Below, in pieces: positions 35,539 to 45,853 of a DNA stretch of 64,000 bases (position 1 is the stretch's first letter; the number at the start of each line of letters is the position of its first letter). The position numbers and the translations under genes are program-made. A model generated the notes under the pieces. That model saw nothing but the letters and a program-made list of their open reading frames with translations, ran no database searches and was not told the DNA's origin. The DNA comes from an uncultured delta proteobacterium (GTDB lineage: Bacteria; Desulfobacterota; Zymogenia; Zymogenales; Zymogenaceae), in the NCBI GenBank assembly GCA_963735595.1, contig CAVTLK010000004.1, positions 64,001 to 128,000 of the forward strand, read 5' to 3'.

Positions 35539-36579
35539 CTATTCGGTGGATGGATCCGGCCGCGGCGTTTCTGAGAACCGGAGTATCGAGATCCGCCGGG
35601 CAAGCTCTTTAAGCAGCTCGGCGACGCCTTCTCCATTCATAGCAGAAATAGGAAAAATGTCAATACCTAACCGTTGAAGCGGTTCCTTCAGGATACCGAG
35701 CTTCTCGTGCGCCCCCTCTATGTCGATCTTCCCGCCCACCACGATCTGCGGTTTTTCGGCCAGGGGCCCGCTATAGGACAAGAGCTCGCGGTTGAGTGTC
35801 ACATAATCGTCGTGGGGATTCCTTCCGTTTCCCGGGTCGCAGTCGACTATATGAATCAGCAGCCGCGTCCGTTCCACGTGTTTCAGGAACCGGATGCCCA
35901 GTCCCGTGCCCGTATGGGCGCCTTCGATGATTCCGGGGATGTCGGCCACCACAAAGCTCATATCGTCGGAAAACCGCACGACCCCGAGGTTAGGAGTAAG
36001 TGTCGTAAAGGGATAGTCGGCTATCTTGGGCCGCGCGTGGGATATGCGGGCAATCAGCGTCGATTTCCCCACGTTTGGGTACCCGATGATTCCCACTTCC
36101 GCCATGACCTTGAGGGAGAGGCGAATGTGCATCGTGCGGGCCGGGGCGCCGTTCTCGGCCTCGCGCGGCGCCTGGTTTGATGGACCGACAAACCGGGCGT
36201 TGCCCCGTCCGCCTCTGGCCGGTCCCATGATCTGCGTGGGTTTGTCCGCCGTTGTGATGTCGGCGATTACCGTCCCGGTATCGTTGTCGATGACCTCGGT
36301 GCCTACGGGAACGGGGATGATGAGATCGATCCCGTTTTTCCCATGCCGATTATTGCCGGAGCCGTTCCCTCCCCGCCCGGAGGCCAGGTGTTTCTTATAT
36401 TTATAATCAAGCAGCGTCGTCATGTTAGGATTGCCGATAAACAAGACGCTCCCCCCGTTGCCGCCGTCTCCCCCGTCCGGCCCGCCCCGCGGCACGTACT
36501 TCTCGCGGTGGAAGCCGACGCACCCGTTGCCTCCGGCGGCCGCGGTTATCTCAACGACCGCTTCGTCGATAAATTTCAT
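35539..36579 (-). CDS. obgE: GTPase Obg/CgtA
   Basis: MKFIDEA, GGPDGGDGGNGG, GYPNVGKST, DYPFTTL, DIPG. Confidence 0.96.
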   Translation of the reverse strand: MKFIDEAVVEITAAAGGNGCVGFHREKYVPRGGPDGGDGGNGGSVLFIGNPNMTTLLDYKYKKHLASGRGGNGSGNNRHGKNGIDLIIPVPVGTEVIDNDTGTVIADITTADKPTQIMGPARGGRGNARFVGPSNQAPREAENGAPARTMHIRLSLKVMAEVGIIGYPNVGKSTLIARISHARPKIADYPFTTLTPNLGVVRFSDDMSFVVADIPGIIEGAHTGTGLGIRFLKHVERTRLLIHIVDCDPGNGRNPHDDYVTLNRELLSYSGPLAEKPQIVVGGKIDIEGAHEKLGILKEPLQRLGIDIFPISAMNGEGVAELLKELARRISILRFSETPRPDPSTE

Positions 36580-36590
36580 GTTTCTGCCTC

Positions 36591-36627
36591 AAAAAAGGAA
36601 AAGGGCAGGCGAAAACCTGCCCTTTTC
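36591..36627 (-). terminator. Intrinsic terminator between rpmA and obgE
   Basis: 12-bp stem gaaaagggcagg/cctgcccttttc with a U-tract on the minus strand. Confidence 0.75.
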
Positions 36628-36767
36628 ATATATGTTATAAGACCCGAAGGTCTTTTGGGACTGACGATAAACCTCACTCCCGTTTCACCGCACCCGGCCG
36701 GGCCTTTCCGGCCGTACCACCCATGACCGCCATCTGTTGGCGGCTTGAGATCCCCGAACGCCGGGCA

Positions 36768-37028
36768 TCAAGACGCGGAAGGCATAATGCTGACGTGCTT
36801 TTTACCGTCCGCCTTTGTCTTGAACGTCACGACGCCGTCAATCAGGGCGAACAGGGTATGGTCTCTTCCCATACCGACATTCTGGCCCGGATGGATCCGT
36901 GATCCGCGCTGACGAACGATGATGTTTCCGGCACGGACAATCTGACCACCGTAGCGCTTTACGCCGAGGCGACGGCCGATACTATCACGACCGTTTTTTG
37001 AACTTCCCTGTCCCTTTTTATGTGCCAT
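36768..37028 (-). CDS. rpmA: 50S ribosomal protein L27
   Basis: [32 protein letters not shown]. Confidence 0.97.
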   Translation of the reverse strand: MAHKKGQGSSKNGRDSIGRRLGVKRYGGQIVRAGNIIVRQRGSRIHPGQNVGMGRDHTLFALIDGVVTFKTKADGKKHVSIMPSAS

Positions 37029-37032
37029 GGGT

Positions 37033-37344
37033 CTACCCCTTTATCCCGTCGATCTTGATCCGGGTCAACAACTGGCGGTGTCCGAGCCGTTTCTTATAGC
37101 CGCCGCGTCGTTTGAATTTCTGAATCGTAATCTTTTTCCCCTTGTCCTGACCGGTTATGGTCCCGGTAACCGATGCCCCCTTTACGACGGGTGCGCCGAT
37201 CACGGCCCCTTTCTCGGAGTTGATCATGAGAACATCGGTTATCGCTACCGCGTCCCCGACATTACCATCAAGCTTCTCGACGGTAATGGTATCCCCCGGG
37301 GTTACTCGGTATTGCTTCCCACCGGTCTTTATAATTGCATACAT
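37033..37344 (-). CDS. rplU: 50S ribosomal protein L21
   Basis: [14 protein letters not shown]...GHRQ. Confidence 0.97.
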   Translation of the reverse strand: MYAIIKTGGKQYRVTPGDTITVEKLDGNVGDAVAITDVLMINSEKGAVIGAPVVKGASVTGTITGQDKGKKITIQKFKRRGGYKKRLGHRQLLTRIKIDGIKG

Positions 37345-37393
37345 ATCGGCCTTCCCTGACGAAAAATGACTTTCCAAGTCTCCAAAAGCTGTT

Positions 37394-37422
37394 ATTTAAC
37401 CATTTCTTATGTACGTTGTCAA
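37394..37422 (-). promoter_or_regulatory. Sigma70 promoter for rplU (TTGACA-N17-TTAAAT)
   Basis: Reverse complement of atttaac...tgtcaa, ~50 nt upstream of rplU. Confidence 0.6.
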
Positions 37423-37496
37423 GCATTTTATGAACTGCACGCGGCATTATTACCTCTTTTCCCCGAACAGGGCAACCCTGATCTGATTCCGGTCTA

Positions 37497-37525
37497 TTGA
37501 CATAGTGCCGGTTTGGTATTACTAT
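37497..37525 (+). promoter_or_regulatory. Sigma70 promoter TTGACA-N17-TACTAT
   Basis: Divergent from the rplU promoter, upstream of the ATG at 37559. Confidence 0.6.
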
Positions 37526-37558
37526 ATGGCTGTAGGATAGTATATAGTAAAGAGAACT

Positions 37559-37969
37559 ATGATTGCATATGATGTAACCTGCGCGAATGGACATACTTTT
37601 GAGGGTTGGTTCGCCGACAACGCCTCATTTGAGGACCAGAAGTCCCGCGACCTGATAGATTGTCCGTTTTGCGGCGATACGCGCGTTGAACGAATCCCCT
37701 CGACGTTTGCCATCGGAAATAAGCAGAAGCCTCGGCAAACATCCGTCGATATACCGCCCCAACTTGCCGCGATGATCCGTATGCGCCGTTATATCGAGAA
37801 CAACTTCGAGGACGTCGGCGAGAAATTCGCGGATGAAGCCGTTAAGATCCATTACGGCGAGACCGAAAAGAGAAGTATTCGGGGGACGACCACCCAGGAA
37901 GAAGAGCGCCGGCTCAAGGAGGAAGGCGTTTCCTTTGTTAAAATTCCCATTATTCGGTACGATAGCTGA
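37559..37969 (+). CDS. DUF1178 family zinc-ribbon protein
   Basis: C.NGHTFEGWF...LIDCPFCG...EDVGEKFADEA.KIHYGE...IRG. Confidence 0.85.
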   Translation: MIAYDVTCANGHTFEGWFADNASFEDQKSRDLIDCPFCGDTRVERIPSTFAIGNKQKPRQTSVDIPPQLAAMIRMRRYIENNFEDVGEKFADEAVKIHYGETEKRSIRGTTTQEEERRLKEEGVSFVKIPIIRYDS

Positions 37970-38340
37970 AAAAAGATGAATTTTATCAACAGCGAATAGG
38001 TCGAAAGTTACTGATATTTCAAATAGTTGATTCACATCTGCCGCAAAATGGGGGTTAAGTAAGCCCCCTTTTCTTTAGGCTTTTTCCCTCTATAATATAA
38101 TTCTGTTTTTGTGCCGGTGTCAGTGCCGTTTCGGACGCCGGCTGCAACAGTCACGTCGTAAAGCCGGTCCGTTGCCAACCCTACGACCCGCAGGCAACCC
38201 GAAATATATCTCTATTGGACGGTATTTGATCGCGGTAATGGAGTAACAAAGCAGAGGCTTCTCTTTATAAGAGTTTCGTCTTCTGTATACTAAATTATGG
38301 ATACAATGTTTTTTCTACAGTTTCTGGGGGGGACGAGGTA

Positions 38341-38991
38341 ATGTTATATAAGATTGAAGATCTCAGCCTTAAACAACGCGTGGCCGACACGGTAAAGGAT
38401 GCAATCCTTTCGGGAAGTATCAAACCGGGAGAGAAAATACCCGAAGAGAGAATATCCGAGGCCCTCGGGATATCCCGTACTCCGCTCAGGGAAGCGATGA
38501 ACCTCCTGGTCAACTACGGATTGGTAAACGTCGTTCCGAGGCGCGGCGCGTTTGTATCCCATATCTCTCCCGAAGAGATACTCGATATCCTCACCGTTCG
38601 TATGGCGCTGGAGCCGCTCGGCGCGGAAATGGCGGCGCGAAAAAGGATCAGGCACGACCGTTTTATCGGTGACCTCAAGGAGCTTCATAGCACCTTCAGG
38701 AATAAGAAGCTCGGTGACGGCTCCGATTCGGATATTGCCTTTCATCAGTTTATCGCGGAGGCTTCAGAAAGCCCGACCCTTCTATCCGTGCTGCTGCCCC
38801 TCTTCTACCGCTCCGTTCTGGCGATGTCCTATTCTTCTCTCATCCCGGGCAACCGCCAGGAATCCCTTTCGGATCACGACAAGATCATCAAGGCGCTGGC
38901 CGCAAAAGACGCCGAAGGCGCGAGGCTGGCCATGACCGAGCACCTGATTCAGGTAATGAGCAATGTAAAGAAGGGGTATAAGGAAGCGTAG
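38341..38991 (+). CDS. GntR/FadR-subfamily transcriptional regulator (wHTH + FCD)
   Basis: PGEKIPEE.ISEALGISRTPLREA, D.AFH, C-terminal H..II.AL. Confidence 0.9.
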   Translation: MLYKIEDLSLKQRVADTVKDAILSGSIKPGEKIPEERISEALGISRTPLREAMNLLVNYGLVNVVPRRGAFVSHISPEEILDILTVRMALEPLGAEMAARKRIRHDRFIGDLKELHSTFRNKKLGDGSDSDIAFHQFIAEASESPTLLSVLLPLFYRSVLAMSYSSLIPGNRQESLSDHDKIIKALAAKDAEGARLAMTEHLIQVMSNVKKGYKEA

Positions 38992-39138
38992 GATTCTATT
39001 ATTGTTAAGCGTGATCTAAATTCTATCGGCGCGTGCACACCGTCCGCGGTAATACGTACGCCCCTGCTCGGCGGATACGACAGCACGTATCTGCACAGCA
39101 GGCGGCGGCCTTTTCCGGCACATGGTCGGCCGGTTCCC

Positions 39139-40023
39139 TCAGGTCAACCGGTAGTACTCTCCCTCCTGCCTCACGATCCCCCTTTTCATGAGCCGTGCCA
39201 GATGTTTTTTCATCGTACACATCTCGCCGAAGTCATAAAATATCTTTGGCTCCCGGGCCTTCTTATAGACGATCCGGGCTTCAACTATGTCTCCGATTGT
39301 CCTGGGAGTCCTCAAGAGGTCGAGAAGGCGGTCTTCCCTCTGGCCAATTACCGCTAAAAACCGGTCCCAGCGATCGGCCGGGTCGTCCCGGTATATGCCC
39401 GTATCGTGGGGGGATATCCAGACTTTCGCCGGGACTTCCCGTAAACGCCGGATCGACGCGATCGTCCGGTCGATATCCGAATCCCGGTCGCCGTAATAGG
39501 GGAAAGGAGACAGATCGTAATCGCCGATATAGAGCACCGCCGGTTCCCGGATGAAGAATGAAAGGTGACCCGCAGTATGCCCGGGGGTAGAGAGCACTTC
39601 CACCGTCACCCCGCCCAGTTCGACGATTTCGCCGCCGTCAAACAGGCGGTCGGCCTTGCGCGGCTGAAAATGAAACGAGGTCTTCATAATCTCGGCCCAG
39701 GCCGCCCGATCGTCCCGGTTGGTGATATCGTAGTAATCAAGGAAGCTATCGATTGATTCAAGGGCCGGCGCGTCCACGGCCGACATCGCCAGTGTCCGGT
39801 CCGTGAAAAGCCCGAGAAACATGAAGTGATCCTCGTGGTAGTGGGAGAGCCAGACCTCGTCGAGACCCCGGCCGTCCCGGAGGTCAGTGAGCTTTTCTTT
39901 GTTGGAAGACGGGTCAATGACGATGCGCCGTTTACCCTCGATAACGAGCGAATTGCAGTAGGGATACCTGCCCTGATTGTCCCCGGGGATGAAACGGGCC
40001 GGACCGAAATCGAATTGATCCAC
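39139..40023 (-). CDS. MBL-fold metallo-hydrolase
   Basis: SHYHEDH, TPGHTAGH, GDYDL. Confidence 0.88.
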   Translation of the reverse strand: MDQFDFGPARFIPGDNQGRYPYCNSLVIEGKRRIVIDPSSNKEKLTDLRDGRGLDEVWLSHYHEDHFMFLGLFTDRTLAMSAVDAPALESIDSFLDYYDITNRDDRAAWAEIMKTSFHFQPRKADRLFDGGEIVELGGVTVEVLSTPGHTAGHLSFFIREPAVLYIGDYDLSPFPYYGDRDSDIDRTIASIRRLREVPAKVWISPHDTGIYRDDPADRWDRFLAVIGQREDRLLDLLRTPRTIGDIVEARIVYKKAREPKIFYDFGEMCTMKKHLARLMKRGIVRQEGEYYRLT

Positions 40024-40126
40024 GGAAAACTCCGATCGGGATACCAGACGAAGAAAGGGGCAGCCGCCGGATATGCCGGTATCCCCCCTTGTGACCGCTT
40101 ATCAGCCGACGTGCGCGCTATCGGTA

Positions 40127-41044
40127 CTACAGGTAGGTCAGCCAACGCTCGAACTGCCGATCCTTACCCTTTACCGCGTCGAAAAAGGCCTCCTGCAGCC
40201 GCTTGGTAATGGGGCCCGGCCGCACCTTCCCGATGGGACGGTCGTCCACTTCGCGGATTGGGGTGATCTCGGCCGCCGTTCCGGTCAGGAAGGCCTCATC
40301 GCAGGTATAGACCTCGTCGCGCGAGAAGCGCTCCTCGACAACGGTGTAGCCCATCTTCCGCGCGATAGTTATGATTGAGTCCCTGGTGATACCGGCAAGA
40401 ACCGACGTAAGCGGCGTAGTCCTGATCAGGTCATGGGTGACGATGAAGATATTTTCACCGCTTGCCTCCGCGATATATCCGTCGGTATCAAGCATTATGG
40501 CCTCATCGTATCCCGCGCGGGTTACCTCGAGCTTGGCCATGATCGAATTTACGTAGTTCCCGCAGACCTTGGCCTTGGTCATGTTCACGTTTACGTGGTG
40601 GCGCGTGATGGAGGACACTTTTGCGCGGATGCCTTTGGCCAGGCCCTCCTCACCGAGGTATGCCCCCCAGGGCCAGGTAATGATCGCCACCCTGATGGGG
40701 TTATTCTGCGGATGAAGCCCCATCACTTCGTCCCCGATAAAGACCAGCGGCCTGATATACCCTTCCTGCATACCGTTTGCCTTGAGCGTCTCCAGTATTG
40801 CCCCGGATATCTCGTCCTCAGAAAAGGGGATTGTCATAAAACAGATCATGGCCGAATCAAAAAGGCGGTGAATATGCTCGGAAAGTCTGAAGATCGCCGA
40901 TCTTTGATCGTGGGTCTTGTAGCAGCGTATCCCCTCGAAGACACCGAGCCCATAGTGCAGCGTGTGGGTCAGAATATGGACGTTGGCCTTTTCCCAGGGG
41001 ATTAGCTTACCGTCGAGCCATATCGATGAAACTTTCTGAACCAT
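40127..41044 (-). CDS. ilvE: Branched-chain amino acid aminotransferase
   Basis: [53 protein letters not shown]. Confidence 0.95.
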   Translation of the reverse strand: MVQKVSSIWLDGKLIPWEKANVHILTHTLHYGLGVFEGIRCYKTHDQRSAIFRLSEHIHRLFDSAMICFMTIPFSEDEISGAILETLKANGMQEGYIRPLVFIGDEVMGLHPQNNPIRVAIITWPWGAYLGEEGLAKGIRAKVSSITRHHVNVNMTKAKVCGNYVNSIMAKLEVTRAGYDEAIMLDTDGYIAEASGENIFIVTHDLIRTTPLTSVLAGITRDSIITIARKMGYTVVEERFSRDEVYTCDEAFLTGTAAEITPIREVDDRPIGKVRPGPITKRLQEAFFDAVKGKDRQFERWLTYL

Positions 41045-41092
41045 GAGAAACCTCCGCTATCTCGTCTCGGATCTCGAGAGTCCCGGTCAGGC

Positions 41093-42562
41093 CTATCGCA
41101 AATCCCGTATCCCCAGGAGCGAGAGCTCCCGCCTGGCCTCCAGCGACTCGGGATTGATTTCGAGGGCCTTGCGAAAGTGGAGCGCCGCAATATCCCTGAG
41201 CTTCTGCTCTTTATACACAGATCCAAGGAAGAGCTGGGTAGTCTCGAGCGAAGGATTGAGGGCCGCCGCCTTCTTGAGATTCCGCACAGCCGCCAGGACG
41301 TCATTACCCTGCTTATCGTCGGCGGCAAGAAAGAGCGCCCAACCCAGATACGCCAGGTACTCCCCCTCTTCGGGAACTAATTTGGTCGCCCATCCAAAAG
41401 ACTCCCGCGCACTTGTGTAGTCCCGCTTCTTCAGGAAGACTTTACCTTTCTGGAATTGGAGCTCGGCGTTCATGATGTTGCTGGTTTTCTCTGCGTCCAT
41501 CCCTCCGCCGGGTTCGGTGAAGGAACGGATATACTCCGCCCGCTCACGTTGGTCAGTGAGGACTTTATACGCCTTGGTGACCAGGTCAAAGATATGGTTT
41601 GCCGTTTTCACGACGAGGGGGGGCGTCCCCGGACCGAGGGAATCGGGGTGATACTCCTTTACAAGCCTCACATAGGCGCGCTTGATGTCCTGAACCGAAG
41701 TATCTTCGTCGACCCCGAGTACTTCGAAGTAGTTTTTCGTCGTCATTTCGTGGTAGGTCGCCAGGATCTCCGAGGCCGCATCTTTCCCCGCCGCGTCCCG
41801 GGCAGATCGATCGGTCGAGTCCTGCCCCCCCGCGGCCTTTACGGAAAGGACGTCAGTGATGATGGCGCCGTAGATCAGGCGGTAGGAGTCGATAAACTCC
41901 AGGGGAGACATCTCGATCGTCTCTCTCACGGTCTTTGTACCGTCGGCCAGGTCTATTAGCCATCGTTCATCTTCACTGAGGCTATCCACGGCCGGCAGCG
42001 CCGTTCTTTTGGACCCGGGATAGAGGTAATCGCCGCCGTAGGGCCCGATCACCGCTGATAGTCTATCCAGACTGTAGTACCTTTTTATGCCCATAAAGAC
42101 AATAGATTCAACGGTGAGATGGGAAAAGTCACTGAGCGGCGACATGAAGTCCTTCTTGACAAAACGGTATTCCCCTTCCGTCCACTTGAAAAGATTGAGG
42201 AGCTTTTCAACAGTGTGCTCCCGGAGATACTTCCCGAGCTCCTCGCCGGTCAACAGGCCCCGCTCTATAAGGATATCTCCGTGAAGCCGGTGGCTCCGGA
42301 AGGCGGCGTCGATGCTCTCGGTATATTGCTCCTGGTTGATCTTGCCGATCGATACGAGGTACCTGCCGAGGACTTCCTGGAGGAGGTTCGAGGTTACCCG
42401 TGCCGGTTTCCCGTGATCAAAGATAAGGCTTTTTCTTACCTTACCCCGCTCGACGGTGAGGGTTCCGCTGATACCCATTGAGCCGATTTCGTTGAGGAGC
42501 TTGGGAAAGGGCGTCTCATCGAGATTTCCCGCAAATAGCGGTTTTATATTCTGGCCTTCCAT
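41093..42562 (-). CDS. DUF4388-like + J-domain + TPR protein
   Basis: N-terminal SGTLTV...LF.WTEGEYRF (DUF4388-like); NYFEVLGV...YHPD (J domain); C-terminal TPR helices. Confidence 0.85.
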   Translation of the reverse strand: MEGQNIKPLFAGNLDETPFPKLLNEIGSMGISGTLTVERGKVRKSLIFDHGKPARVTSNLLQEVLGRYLVSIGKINQEQYTESIDAAFRSHRLHGDILIERGLLTGEELGKYLREHTVEKLLNLFKWTEGEYRFVKKDFMSPLSDFSHLTVESIVFMGIKRYYSLDRLSAVIGPYGGDYLYPGSKRTALPAVDSLSEDERWLIDLADGTKTVRETIEMSPLEFIDSYRLIYGAIITDVLSVKAAGGQDSTDRSARDAAGKDAASEILATYHEMTTKNYFEVLGVDEDTSVQDIKRAYVRLVKEYHPDSLGPGTPPLVVKTANHIFDLVTKAYKVLTDQRERAEYIRSFTEPGGGMDAEKTSNIMNAELQFQKGKVFLKKRDYTSARESFGWATKLVPEEGEYLAYLGWALFLAADDKQGNDVLAAVRNLKKAAALNPSLETTQLFLGSVYKEQKLRDIAALHFRKALEINPESLEARRELSLLGIRDLR

Positions 42563-42594
42563 AGGGGACTGTCACCGAGGTTATTGGCCTGCAG

Positions 42595-43398
42595 CTAAAA
42601 TTCCTTCCGTGAGAAGACGAATGTCATAAGGGTCCACGTCAGGCACAGGTAGAGCACCGTATGAGCGACGGGCCAAAACGACATTGATTGGGAAAAGAAA
42701 TCATTCACGAAGGACGCGGAGTAAAACCACGTCGAACCCCATTGGGGAAACGCGAAGTATAGGATCTTTGTAATCCACTGGGCGGAAACGGTGCTAACGA
42801 CTCTTTCCCTGAGGGCGTCAAAGTAGACGAAGATATCGAATACGGTGGAAAAGACGTAAGCGAGAATCCCGAAGACCATGGCAATAATGCGGGAAGTCAC
42901 CAGGGAAATCAGGAAGATGAACGATATGAGCAGCGCAATATTCAGAACGAATATCCCCAGCGACGCAAAGAGCCCGAAAGGAAACATGCCCGCCTTCAGA
43001 AAGGCGAGAATCGAAAACCCCAGGCCGAGGACCGCGACATTGATGAGCACCACGGCAAGGATGCCGATAAATTTCCCCAGGAGATAGTCGAGCCGTGATA
43101 TCGGCTTGGAGATGAAGGTGGTAATGACGCCGGTTTCCACGTCGGACACGATCGCGCCCATCGAAAGGAGCCCCGCCAGAGTCAACCCCCAGAAGGTAAT
43201 GATGAAAAACCCGATTGTCGTCCCAAAGGAAACCATCTGGTCCGGTGAGAGCTCCCGGTTCTGAATGTTCATCGATCCGCTCATGCACCCCCGGCCGATC
43301 AGGATAAAGAGCAGCGCGACGCCCAGAAGGATATAGAACATCTTATTGCGGAGCCCTTCCTTGACGGTATTGCCCGCGATCGCCAGTATCTGTCTCAC
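42595..43398 (-). CDS. ABC-2 type exporter permease
   Basis: Six hydrophobic segments, ISKPISRLDYLLGKF, overlaps the ATPase stop. Confidence 0.85.
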   Translation of the reverse strand: MRQILAIAGNTVKEGLRNKMFYILLGVALLFILIGRGCMSGSMNIQNRELSPDQMVSFGTTIGFFIITFWGLTLAGLLSMGAIVSDVETGVITTFISKPISRLDYLLGKFIGILAVVLINVAVLGLGFSILAFLKAGMFPFGLFASLGIFVLNIALLISFIFLISLVTSRIIAMVFGILAYVFSTVFDIFVYFDALRERVVSTVSAQWITKILYFAFPQWGSTWFYSASFVNDFFSQSMSFWPVAHTVLYLCLTWTLMTFVFSRKEF

Positions 43399-44306
43399 GC
43401 TTTGCCCTCCTGTTTGATCGCGCCGAGGAAGATATCCTCCAACGATTCCCGATCTTCCCTGATCGATATCATGCGCGCTCCCGCTTCCACGATAATGCCC
43501 GGGATGTGGGCCATGGTCTGGTCATCCTTCGGGGTAATAATGTACGTGTTATCCTTCACCTCCACCCTGTCGGCCACCTTTTTGAGACCTTCGTGCAGCT
43601 TTTCGCTTTTCTCGGCGACTTCCACGATAATGCCGGTACGTCTGGTCGCCAGGGCGTCGAGCTTGCCCACCTTGACGATTTTGCCCTGGTTGAGGATCGC
43701 AACCCGGTCGCACGTACGCTCGACTTCCGAAAGCAGGTGAGAGTTGATGAAGATCGTCTTGCCGCGCCATTTCTCGGCAAGGATAATATCCCTGATCTCT
43801 TTGGTGCCGACGGGGTCAAGCCCGGACGTCGGTTCGTCCAGCAGGAGCATTTCCGGGTTGTGCATGAGGGCCTGGGCGATCCCGATCCGCTGGAGCATCC
43901 CCTTGGAGTATTCGCGCAGGGGGCGGCCCGCCGCCGCCGAAATGCCCAGTAGCTCCAGGTAGCGGCCGGTGCGCTCCTTGCGCACATCCCGGGAGAGGCC
44001 GTAGAGCTTGCCCGAAAAATCGAGAAACTCGTGCCCTTTCAGGAAGCCCTGCAGCCGCATATTTTCCGGGAGATAACCGATTTTTTTTCTGGCCGCGGGG
44101 TTTCCCGCCGGGCTTCCGAAGACACTCACGGTCCCCGCGGTGGGGAATACAAGGCCGAGCAGGATCTTAATAAACGTCGTCTTCCCGGCGCCGTTAGGGC
44201 CCAGAAAGCCGAAGACCTCTCCCTCTTTTACCGCCAGATCAACCCCTGCAAGGGCCCGCACCCTGGGATAGTCTTTTGTCAGGCTCGTGGCAATTATCGT
44301 GCTCAT
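43395..44306 (-). CDS. ABC transporter ATP-binding protein
   Basis: GPNGAGKTT, YSKGMLQR, LLLDEPTSGLDP, SHLL. Confidence 0.95.
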   Translation of the reverse strand: MSTIIATSLTKDYPRVRALAGVDLAVKEGEVFGFLGPNGAGKTTFIKILLGLVFPTAGTVSVFGSPAGNPAARKKIGYLPENMRLQGFLKGHEFLDFSGKLYGLSRDVRKERTGRYLELLGISAAAGRPLREYSKGMLQRIGIAQALMHNPEMLLLDEPTSGLDPVGTKEIRDIILAEKWRGKTIFINSHLLSEVERTCDRVAILNQGKIVKVGKLDALATRRTGIIVEVAEKSEKLHEGLKKVADRVEVKDNTYIITPKDDQTMAHIPGIIVEAGARMISIREDRESLEDIFLGAIKQEGKA

Positions 44307-44352
44307 AAAATAGCGGCCTCCTCACAATACGGTTCCATGCCGGCCCTGCCGG

Positions 44353-44396
44353 CCTATCGCGCTCCTGTCGCGCACCCATCGCGCACCTATCGCGTA
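44353..44396. repeat. Four tandem 11-bp direct repeats (CC[T/C][A/G]TCGCGnn)
   Basis: cctatcgcgct / cctgtcgcgca / cccatcgcgca / cctatcgcgta, contiguous and intergenic, upstream of the ABC operon. Confidence 0.8.
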
Positions 44397-44742
44397 GTAT
44401 ACGCGGGCTAAACAACGGGCGGTATGTCGCCCGTCACGTAATTTTGTCCTTTATTCTCAGGGCTTCACATATATTCGAATAAATATACACCACGTCATGC
44501 ATCTTTTCAACAAAAAAGGATGGTTTTATTTGTCTTGACAATACACGTGTCTTTACTACCATCAGACCAGCACAATCGGGGGATTACGCTCTTCTTGGAC
44601 AAGTCCTGGTCTTTTCAGCGCCTTCGCGGCGGGCGTATTCCCCATTGCCAATAAGCTACTACTTTCCGACTCTCTTTTCGCCGTGATGCCGCCGATTGCG
44701 ACGGGCATACTAACCGTTGTTTCCCACATTCAGGAGGCATCC

Positions 44743-45678
44743 ATGATCATCGATATCCATCGACACATTTTGGACGAGGGGTATTTCTCGGACTCCTATT
44801 GGAGGGGATTTGCCCGCATGGCCCTTCCCATCCTCCGGCGGCTCGGGGTTCAGGCCGACGTGGACATGGTCGTTAAGGACATCGTGCCCGTTTACTTACG
44901 ATCCAACCGGCGAAAAACACCTTGCCGCGATGGAGGAGGCCGGCATCGACATGACGGTCCTCTTCGCCTTCGACACCGGCCTCATGGTGGGCGAGACCGA
45001 AGGTCTCAATCGAGGAGCAGAACAAGGCGGTCTTCGCGATGGCCACGCGCTACCCGAAAAAGATAATCCCCTTCGTGACGACCGACCCCCGCCGACCCAA
45101 CGCCAGGGACTTCGTCAAGAAGGCTGTCCAGGAGTGGGGCGCCAGGGGGCTCAAGCTCCATCCCGGCGCGGGCTTCAGCCCGGAATCCAAAGAGACGCTC
45201 GCGCTGGTCGAGACCGTTGCCCGCTACGACATCCCGGTCCTCTTCCATACCGGCCCGAGCGTCCCCCCCACGTCCAGCAAATACTGCGATCCGATGTACC
45301 TGGACGAGATCCTGCTGCGCTTTCCCGAGGTCAACGTGATCGCTGCCCACATGGCCTACGGGTACCGGGATATCCTGTTCTCGCTGGGAATGAACCGGCC
45401 CAACCTCTACACCGACCTCGCCGCCTGGCAGACGACCGCGCGGGATCGCCGGCATGATTTTGCCCACGCCGTCAAACACGCGGTTGCGCACTTCGGCCCG
45501 GAGCGGGTACTCTTCGGGACGGACAATCCCTATCTCTGGCCGGTCCTGCCGGAGCCCGCGTATGTCCAGGCGGTAAGGGATCTCGCAGTAACGGGCCCGC
45601 AGGAGACCCGGATTACCGAGCAGGACGTCCAGATGATCCTCGGGATAACGCCAAAGGCCTCCTGAAGGTATCGCGTAG
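44743..45678 (+). CDS. Amidohydrolase family 2 protein; several frameshifts, end approximate
   Basis: MIIDIHRH, GLKLHP, VLFHTG, IAAH, VLFGTDNP; AGGAGG RBS. Confidence 0.85.
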
Positions 45679-45853
45679 CGAGCGCCCGGTTCCCGGAAGG
45701 TCTCCGGCCTGTCGATGCGTTCGGCGAAGGCTTCGCCCCGTCAACGCAGGGTTCCATCTCCCCGCCGTCGGGGGATGAACGATAAAAAGGGTTGACCTCC
45801 CCGCCGGTACTGCGCTATTATTGGCCGTTACGGAACAAGAGGGGTGGCCGTTA

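Noticed and set aside
33289..35574. Long plus-strand ORFs (447 aa, 291 aa), and likewise 58033-59442 and 53041-54006
   Set aside because: They lie antisense to well-supported genes (proA, proB, CoA-transferase, comM) in GC-rich DNA and have no recognisable motifs.
35725..35745. Obg G4 motif GKID instead of NKxD as a novel variant
   Set aside because: This position varies among Obg proteins and the sequence is error-prone, so there is not enough evidence.
36661..36690. CTGACGA as a hammerhead ribozyme core
   Set aside because: There is no downstream GAAA with compatible stems on the same strand.
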